64,000 nt of DNA from Balanoglossus misakiensis (taxonomy: Eukaryota; Animalia; Hemichordata): positions 310,001 to 374,000 of the forward strand of contig CM082586.2 of the NCBI GenBank assembly GCA_040954595.2, in the 5' to 3' direction. Below are positions 54,773-64,000 of this stretch, piece by piece. Positions within the stretch are counted from its first letter, which is position 1. Every line of letters begins with the position of its first letter. Both the position numbers and the translations under genes were made by a program. The notes beneath the pieces are model-generated. The model was not told the DNA's origin. It ran no database searches and saw only the letters and a program-made list of their open reading frames with translations.

Positions 54773-54950
54773 GTAAGTGAGCAGTGTTCTTTTCTAAATA
54801 TAGAAGATTATTTAATTCTAACAGGAACAAAAGTTGCACACAGAAACACGAGGATACAAACGATAGCCTTGTCAATTTTTTATATGCATGTGTAGACGTA
54901 TTTACTGAATAACTAATGCTGCAATAGAGCTCTTCTTAGCTAACCATCGT

Positions 54951-55334
54951 CAGAAAAAATTGTCATTTTTATATGATTTTCATGAGCTATAACCCCTGAT
55001 TTTTTTCAAAAAGTGACGAAATTTTGAAAATTCGCAAAGTCGAAAAATTGTCATTTCTGGATGATTTTCATGAGCTATAACCCATGGTTTTTATCAAAAA
55101 ATGAAGAAATTTTGAAAATTCGCAAAGTCGAAAAATTGTCATTTCTGGATGATTTTCATGAGCTATAACCCATGGTTTTTATCAAAAAGTGACGAAATTT
55201 TGAAAATTCGCAAAGTCGAAAAATTGTCATTTCTGGATGATTTTCGTCAGCTATAACCCATGGTTTTTATCAAAAAGTGACGAAATTTTGAAAATTCGCA
55301 AAGTCGAAAAATTGTATTTCTGGATGATTTTCAT
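54951..55334 (+). repeat. 88-bp satellite (type B), about 4.4 copies, left flank
   Basis: GTCGAAAAATTG recurs at 55039, 55127, 55215, 55303 (period 88). Confidence 0.95.
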
Positions 55335-58300
55335 CGTCAAAATCGTCAAAAATCGACGATTTTTCCACTTTTCCAAACTTCTAAATTTCGTCGATTTTTC
55401 AAGAAATCATGGGTTATAGCTCAGGAAAATCGTCAAAAATCGACGATTTTTCCACTTTTCCAAACTTCGAAATTTCGTCGATTTTTCAAGAAATCATGGG
55501 TTATAGCTCAGGAAAATCGTCAAAAATCGACGATTTTTCGACTTTTCCAAACTTCGAAATTTCGTCGATTTTTCAAGAAATCATGGGTTATAGCTCAGGA
55601 AAATCGTCAAAAATCGACGATTTTTCGACTTTTCCAAACTTCGAAATTTCGTCCATTTTTCAAGAAATCATGGGTTATAGCTCAGGAAAATCGTCAAAAA
55701 TCGACGATTTTTCGACTTTTCCAAACTTCGAAATTTCGTCGATTTTTCAAGAAATCATGGGTTATAGCTCAGGAAAATCGTCAAAAATCGACGATTTTTC
55801 GACTTTTCAAAACTTCGAAATATCGTCGATTTTTCAAGAAATCATGGGTTATAGCTCAGGAAAATCGTCAAAAATCGACGATTTTTCCACTTTTCCAAAC
55901 TTCGAAATTTCGTCGATTTTTCAAGAAATCATGGGTTATAGCTCAGGAAAATCGTCAAAAATCGACGATTTTTCCACTTTTCCAAACTTCGAAATTTCGT
56001 CGATTTTTCAAGAAATCATGGGTTATAGCTCAGGAAAATCGTCAAAAATCGACGATTTTTCCACTTTTCCAAACTTCGAAATTTCGTCGATTTTTCAAGA
56101 AATCATGGGTTATAGCTCAGGAAAATCGTCAAAAATCGACGATTTTTCGACTTTTCCAAACTTCGAAATTTCGTCGATTTTTCAAGAACTCATGGGTTAT
56201 AGCTCAGGAAAATCGTCAAAAATCGACGATTTTTCCACTTTTCCAAACTTCGAAATTTCGTCGATTTTTCAAGAAATCATGGGTTATAGCTCAGGAAAAT
56301 CGTCAAAAATCGACGATTTTTCCACTTTTCCAAACTTCGAAATTTCGTCGATTTTTCAAGAAATCATGGGTTATAGCTCAGGAAAATCGTCAAAAATCGA
56401 CGATTTTTCGACTTTTCCAAACTTCGAAATTTCGTCGATTTTTCAAGAAATCATGGGTTATAGCTCAGGAAAATCGTCAAAAATCGACGATTTTTCCACT
56501 TTTCCAAACTTCGAAATTTCGTCGATTTTTCAAGAAATCATGGGTTATAGCTCAGGAAAATCGTCAAAAATCGACGATTTTTCCACTTTTCCAAACTTCG
56601 AAATTTCGTCGATTTTTCAAGAAATCATGGGTTATAGCTCAGGAAAATCGTCAAAAATCGACGATTTTTCCACTTTTCCAAACTTCGAAATTTCGTCGAT
56701 TTTTCAAGAAATCATGGGTTATAGCTCAGGAAAATCGTCAAAAATCGACGATTTTTCCACTTTTCCAAACTTCGAAATTTCGTCGATTTTTCAAGAAATC
56801 ATGGGTTATAGCTCAGGAAAATCGTCAAAAATCGACGATTTTTCCACTTTTCCAAACTTCGAAATTTCGTCGATTTTTCAAGAAATCATGGGTTATAGCT
56901 CAGGAAAATCGTCAAAAATCGACGATTTTTCGACTTTTCCAAACTTCGAAATTTCGTCGATTTTTCAAGAAATCATGGGTTATAGCTCAGGAAAATCGTC
57001 AAAAATCGACGATTTTTCGACTTTTCCAAACTTCGAAATATCGTCGATTTTTCAAGAAATCATGGGTTATAGCTCAGGAAAATCGTCAAAAATCGACGAT
57101 TTTTCCACTTTTCCAAACTTCGAAATTTCGTCGATTTTTCAAGAAATCATGGGTTATAGCTCAGGAAAATCGTCAAAAATCGACGATTTTTCGACTTTTC
57201 CAAACTTCGAAATTTCGTCGATTTTTCAAGAAATCATGGGTTATAGCTCAGGAAAATCGTCAAAAATCGACGATTTTTCGACTTTTCCAAACTTCGAAAT
57301 TTCGTCGATTTTTCAAGAAATCATGGGTTATAGCTCAGGAAAATCGTCAAAAATCGACGATTTTTCGACTTTTCCAAACTTCGAAATTTCGTCGATTTTT
57401 CAAGAAATCATGGGTTATAGCTCAGGAAAATCGTCAAAAATCGACGATTTTTCGACTTTTCCAAACTTCGAAATTTCCTCGATTTTTCAAGAAATCATGG
57501 GTTATAGCTCAGGAAAATCGTCAAAAATCGACGATTTTTCCACTTTTCCAAACTTCGAAATTTCGTCGATTTTTCAAGAAATCATGGGTTATAGCTCAGG
57601 AAAATCGTCAAAAATCGACGATTTTTCCACTTTTCCAAACTTCGAAATATCGTCGATTTTTCAAGAAATCATGGGTTATAGCTCAGGAAAATCGTCAAAA
57701 ATCGACGATTTTTCGACTTTTCCAAACTTCGAAATTTCGTCGATTTTTCAAGAAATCATGGGTTATAGCTCAGGAAAATCGTCAAAAATCGACGATTTTT
57801 CGACTTTTCCAAACTTCGAAATTTCGTCGATTTTTCAAGAAATCATGGGTTATAGCTCAGGAAAATCGTCAAAAATCGACGATTTTTCGACTTTTCCAAA
57901 CTTCGAAATATCGTCGATTTTTCAAGAAATCATGGGTTATAGCTCAGGAAAATCGTCAAAAATCGACGATTTTTCCACTTTTCCAAACTTCGAAATTTCG
58001 TCGATTTTTCAAGAAATCATGGGTTATAGCTCAGGAAAATCGTCAAAAATCGACGATTTTTCCACTTTTCCAAACTTCGAAATTTCGTCGATTTTTCAAG
58101 AAATCATGGGTTATAGCTCAGGAAAATCGTCAAAAATCGACGATTTTTCCACTTTTCCAAACTTCGAAATTTCGTCGATTTTTCAAGAAATCATGGGTTA
58201 TAGCTCAGGAAAATCGTCAAAAATCGACGATTTTTCCACTTTTCCAAACTTCGAAATTTCGTCGATTTTTCAAGAAATCATGGGTTATAGCTCAGGAAAA

Positions 58301-61300
58301 TCGTCAAAAATCGACGATTTTTCCACTTTTCCAAACTTCGAAATTTCGTCGATTTTTCAAGAAATCATGGGTTATAGCTCAGGAAAATCGTCAAAAATCG
58401 ACGATTTTTCGACTTTTCCAAACTTCGAAATTTCGTCGATTTTTCAAGAAATCATGGGTTATAGCTCAGGAAAATCGTCAAAAATCGACGATTTTTCGAC
58501 TTTTCCAAACTTCGAAATTTCGTCGATTTTTCAAGAAATCATGGGTTATAGCTCAGGAAAATCGTCAAAAATCGACGATTTTTCGACTTTTCCAAACTTC
58601 GAAATTTCGTCGATTTTTCAAGAAATCATGGGTTATAGCTCAGGAAAATCGTCAAAAATCGACGATTTTTCCACTTTTCCAAACTTCGAAATTTCGTCGA
58701 TTTTTCAAGAAATCATGGGTTATAGCTCAGGAAAATCGTCAAAAATCGACGATTTTTCGACTTTTCCAAACTTCGAAATTTCGTCGATTTTTCAAGAAAT
58801 CATGGGTTATAGCTCAGGAAAATCGTCAAAAATCGACGATTTTTCGACTTTTCCAAACTTCGAAATTTCGTCGATTTTTCAAGAAATCATGGGTTATAGC
58901 TCAGGAAAATCGTCAAAAATCGACGATTTTTCGACTTTTCCAAACTTCGAAATATCGTCGATTTTTCAAGAAATCATGGGTTATAGCTCAGGAAAATCGT
59001 CAAAAATCGAAGATTTTTCCACTTTTCCAAACTTCGAAATATCGTCGATTTTTCAAGAAATCATGGGTTATAGCTCAGGAAAATCGTCAAAAATCGACGA
59101 TTTTTCCACTTTTCCAAACTTCGAAATTTCGTCGATTTTTCAAGAAATCATGGGTTATAGCTCAGGAAAATCGTCAAAAATCGACGATTTTTCCACTTTT
59201 CCAAACTTCGAAATTTCGTCGATTTTTCAAGAAATCATGGGTTATAGCTCAGGAAAATCGTCAAAAATCGACGATTTTTCCACTTTTCCAAACTTCGAAA
59301 TTTCGTCGATTTTTCAAGAAATCATGGGTTATAGCTCAGGAAAATCGTCAAAAATCGACGATTTTTCCACTTTTCCAAACTTCGAAATTTCGTCGATTTT
59401 TCAAGAAATCATGGGTTATAGCTCAGGAAAATCGTCAAAAATCGACGATTTTTCGACTTTTCCAAACTTCGAAATTTCGTCGATTTTTCAAGAAATCATG
59501 GGTTATAGCTCAGGAAAATCGTCAAAAATCGACGATTTTTCCACTTTTCCAAACTTCGAAATTTCGTCGATTTTTCAAGAAATCATGGGTTATAGCTCAG
59601 GAAAATCGTCAAAAATCGACGATTTTTCCACTTTTCCAAACTTCGAAATATCGTCGATTTTTCAAAAAAAATCATGGGTTATAGCTCAGGAAAATCGTCA
59701 AAAATCGACGATTTTTCCACTTTTCCAAACTTCGAAATTTCGTCGATTTTTCAAGAAATCATGGGTTATAGCTCAGGAAAATCGTCAAAAATCGACGATT
59801 TTTCGACTTTTCCAAACTTCGAAATTTCGTCGATTTTTCAAGAAATCATGGGTTATAGCTCAGGAAAATCGTCAAAAATCGACGATTTTTCGACTTTTCC
59901 AAACTTCGAAATTTCGTCGATTTTTCAAGAAATCATGGGTTATAGCTCAGGAAAATCGTCAAAAATCGACGATTTTTCGACTTTTCCAAACTTCGAAATT
60001 TCGTCGATTTTTCAAGAAATCATGGGTTATAGCTCAGGAAAATCGTCAAAAATCGACGATTTTTCGACTTTTCCAAACTTCGAAATATCGTCGATTTTTC
60101 AAGAAATCATGGGTTATAGCTCAGGAAAATCGTCAAAAATCGACGATTTTTCCACTTTTCCAAACTTCGAAATTTCGTCGATTTTTCAAGAAATCATGGG
60201 TTATAGCTCAGGAAAATCGTCAAAAATCGACGATTTTTCGACTTTTCCAAACTTCGAAATTTCGTCGATTTTTCAAGAAATCATGGGTTATAGCTCAGGA
60301 AAATCGTCAAAAATCGACGATTTTTCCACTTTTCCAAACTTCGAAATTTCGTCGATTTTTCAAGAAATCATGGGTTATAGCTCAGGAAAATCGTCAAAAA
60401 TCGACGATTTTTCCACTTTTCCAAACTTCGAAATATCGTCGATTTTTCAAGAAATCATGGGTTATAGCTCAGGAAAATCGTCAAAAATCGACGATTTTTC
60501 GACTTTTCCAAACTTCGAAATTTCGTCGATTTTTCAAGAAATCATGGGTTATAGCTCAGGAAAATCGTCGAAAATCGACGATTTTTCGACTTTTCCAAAC
60601 TTCGAAATATCGTCGATTTTTCAAGAAATCATGGGTTATAGCTCAGGAAAATCGTCAAAAATCGACGATTTTTCGACTTTTCCAAACTTCGAAATTTCGT
60701 CGATTTTTCAAGAAATCATGGGTTATAGCTCAGGAAAATCGTCAAAAATCGACGATTTTTCCACTTTTCCAAACTTCGAAATTTCGTCGATTTTTCAAGA
60801 AATCATGGGTTATAGCTCAGGAAAATCGTCAAAAATCGACGATTTTTCCACTTTTCCTAACTTCGAAATTTCGTCGATTTTTCAAGAAATCATGGGTTAT
60901 AGCTCAGGAAAATCGTCAAAAATCGACGATTTTTCCACTTTTCCTAACTTCGAAATTTCGTCGATTTTTCAAGAAATCATGGGTTATAGCTCAGGAAAAT
61001 CGTCAAAAATCGACGATTTTTCCACTTTTCCAAACTTCGAAATTTCGTCGATTTTTCAAGAAATCATGGGTTATAGCTCAGGAAAATCGTCAAAAATCGA
61101 CGATTTTTCCACTTTTCCAAACTTCGAAATTTCGTCGATTTTTCAAGAAATCATGGGTTATAGCTCAGGAAAATCGTCAAAAATCGACGATTTTTCCACT
61201 TTTCCAAACTTCGAAATTTCGTCGATTTTTCAAGAAATCATGGGTTATAGCTCAGGAAAATCGTCAAAAATCGACGATTTTTCCACTTTTCCAAACTTCG

Positions 61301-63071
61301 AAATTTCGTCGATTTTTCAAGAAATCATGGGTTATAGCTCAGGAAAATCGTCAAAAATCGACGATTTTTCCACTTTTCCAAACTTCGAAATTTCGTCGAT
61401 TTTTCAAGAAATCATGGGTTATAGCTCAGGAAAATCGTCAAAAATCGACGATTTTTCCACTTTTCCAAACTTCGAAATATCGTCGATTTTTCAAGAAATC
61501 ATGGGTTATAGCTCAGGAAAATCGTCAAAAATCGACGATTTTTCCACTTTTCCAAACTTCGAAATTTCGTCGATTTTTCAAGAAATCATGGGTTATAGCT
61601 CAGGAAAATCGTCAAAAATCGACGATTTTTCGACTTTTCCAAACTTCGAAATTTCGTCGATTTTTCAAGAAATCATGGGTTATAGCTCAGGAAAATCGTC
61701 AAAAATCGACGATTTTTCGACTTTTCCAAACTTCGAAATTTCGTCGATTTTTCAAGAAATCATGGGTTATAGCTCAGGAAAATCGTCAAAAATCGACGAT
61801 TTTTCGACTTTTCCAAACTTCGAAATTTCGTCGATTTTTCAAGAAATCATGGGTTATAGCTCAGGAAAATCGTCAAAAATCGACGATTTTTCGACTTTTC
61901 CAAACTTCGAAATTTCGTCGATTTTTCAAGAAATCATGGGTTATAGCTCAGGAAAATCGTCAAAAATCGACGATTTTTCCACTTTTCCAAACTTCGAAAT
62001 TTCGTCGATTTTTCAAGAAATCATGGGTTATAGCTCAGGAAAATCGTCAAAAATCGACGATTTTTCCACTTTTCCAAACTTCGAAATTTCGTCGATTTTT
62101 CAAGAAATCATGGGTTATAGCTCAGGAAAATCGTCAAAAATCGACGATTTTTCCACTTTTCCAAACTTCGAAATTTCGTCGATTTTTCAAGAAATCATGG
62201 GTTATAGCTCAGGAAAATCGTCAAAAATCGACGATTTTTCGACTTTTCCAAACTTCGAAATTTCGTCGATTTTTCAAGAAATCATGGGTTATAGCTCAGG
62301 AAAATCGTCAAAAATCGACGATTTTTCGACTTTTCCAAACTTCGAAATTTCGTCGATTTTTCAAGAAATCATGGGTTATAGCTCAGGAAAATCGTCAAAA
62401 ATCGACGATTTTTCGACTTTTCCAAACTTCGAAATTTCGTCGATTTTTCAAGAAATCATGGGTTATAGCTCAGGAAAATCGTCAAAAATCGACGATTTTT
62501 CGACTTTTCCAAACTTCGAAATTTCGTCGATTTTTCAAGAAATCATGGGTTATAGCTCAGGAAAATCGTCAAAAATCGACGATTTTTCCACTTTTCCAAA
62601 CTTCGAAATTTCGTCGATTTTTCAAGAAATCATGGGTTATAGCTCAGGAAAATCGTCAAAAATCGACGATTTTTCCACTTTTCCAAACTTCGAAGTTTCG
62701 TCGATTTTTCAAGAAATCATGGGTTATAGCTCAGGAAAATCGTCAAAAATCGACGATTTTTCGACTTTTCCAAACTTCGAAGTTTCGTCGATTTTTCAAG
62801 AAATCATGGGTTATAGCTCAGGAAAATCGTCAAAAATCGACGATTTTTCGACTTTTCCAAACTTCGAAGTTTCGTCGATTTTTCAAGAAATCATGGGTTA
62901 TAGCTCAAGAAAATCGTCAAAAATCGACGATTTTTCGACTTTTCCAAACTTCGAAATTTCGTCGATTTTTCAAGAAATCATGGGTTATAGCTCAGGAAAA
63001 TCGTCAAAAATCGACGATTTTTCGACTTTTCCAAACTTCGAAATTTTGTCGATTTTTCAAGAAATCATGGG
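55335..63071 (-). repeat. 87-bp satellite (type A), about 89 near-identical copies, inverted relative to the homologous type B flanks
   Basis: Monomer ATGGGTTATAGCTCAGGAAAATCGTCAAAAATCGACGATTTTTC(C/G)ACTTTTCCAAACTTCGAAATTTCGTCGATTTTTCAAGAAATC. 49 copies from 55409, a +2 indel at about 59665, then 39 copies to 63066. Confidence 0.97.
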
Positions 63072-64000
63072 TGAAAAAATCACCAAATTTCGAAAATTCG
63101 CAAAGTCGAAAAATTGTCATTTCTGGATGATTTTCATGAGCTATAACCCATGGTTTTTATCAAAAAATCACCAAATTTGGAAAATTCGCAAAGTCGAAAA
63201 ATTGTCATTTCTGGATGATTTTCATGAGCTATAACCCATGGTTTTTATCAAAAAATCACCAAATACGCCAAGTCGAAAAATTGTCATTTCTGGATGATTT
63301 TCATGAGCTATAACCCATGGTTTTTATCAAAAAATCACCAAATTTGGAAAATTCGCAAAGTCGAAAAATTGTCATTTCTGGATGATTTTCATGAGCTATA
63401 ACCCATGGTTTTTATCAAAAAATCACCAAATTTCTAAAATTCGCAAAGTCGAAAAATTGTCATTTCAGGATGATTTTCATGAGCTATAACCCATGGTTTT
63501 TATGAAAAAATCACCAAATTTCGAAAATTCGCAAAGTCGAAAAATTGTCATTTCAGGATGATTTTCATGAGCTATAACCCATGGTTTTTATCAAAAAATC
63601 ACCAAATTTCGAAAATTCGCAAAGTCGAAAAATTGTCATTTCTGGATGATTTTCATGAGCTATAACCCATGGTTTTTATGAAAAAATCACCAAATTTCGA
63701 AAATTCGCAAAGTCGAAAAATTGTCATTTCTGGATGATTTTCATGAGCTATAACCCATGGTTTTTATGAAAAAATCACCAAATTTCGAAAATTCGCAAAG
63801 TCGAAAAATTGTCATTTCTGGATGATTTTCATGAGCTATAACCCATGCTTTTTATGAAAAAATCACCAAATTTCGAAAATTCGCAAAGTCGAAAAATTGT
63901 CATTTCTGGATGATTTTCATGAGCTATAACCCATGCTTTTTATCAAAAAATCACCAAATTTCGAAAATTCGCAAAGTCGAAAAATTGTCATTTCTGGATG
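63072..64000 (+). repeat. 88-bp satellite (type B), more than 10 copies, continuing off the window
   Basis: Monomer GTCGAAAAATTGTCATTTCTGGATGATTTTCATGAGCTATAACCCATGGTTTTTATCAAAAAATCACCAAATTTCGAAAATTCGCAAA at 63105, 63193, 63272, 63360 and onward (the copy starting at 63193 has a 9-bp deletion). Confidence 0.95.

Noticed and set aside
55409-63234. 2573-aa and 1186-aa ORFs as real protein-coding genes
   Set aside because: They arise from an 87-bp (3n) stop-free satellite monomer that is an inverted homolog of an 88-bp non-3n satellite. Not called as CDS; the residual possibility is listed as a finding.
54951-64000. CRISPR-like array
   Set aside because: No unique spacers, monomers are contiguous, there are no cas genes, and the context is eukaryotic.

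Overview
Eukaryotic, intron-rich, AT-rich invertebrate genomic DNA. A non-vertebrate deuterostome is plausible, but that is inference only. From left to right: (1) a tandem cluster of three complete 9-exon glycine-receptor-alpha-like Cys-loop anion channel genes on the minus strand (1.2-33.2 kb), one of them strongly divergent at ligand-binding and gating residues; (2) an MS4A/CD20-like four-TM gene head-to-head with CCDC43, which has two consecutive U12 minor-spliceosome introns around a 50-nt exon; (3) ELP6; (4) two tandem SLCO/OATP transporter paralogs, the second running into (5) a >9-kb satellite. In the satellite, about 89 near-identical 87-bp monomers form an inverted, diverged block nested in an 88-bp parent satellite, and both junctions are foldback-type. 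Three non-autonomous DNA transposons with TIRs and TSDs lie in introns. Exon boundaries were derived by eye from splice signals and frame continuity, and no database searches were run.
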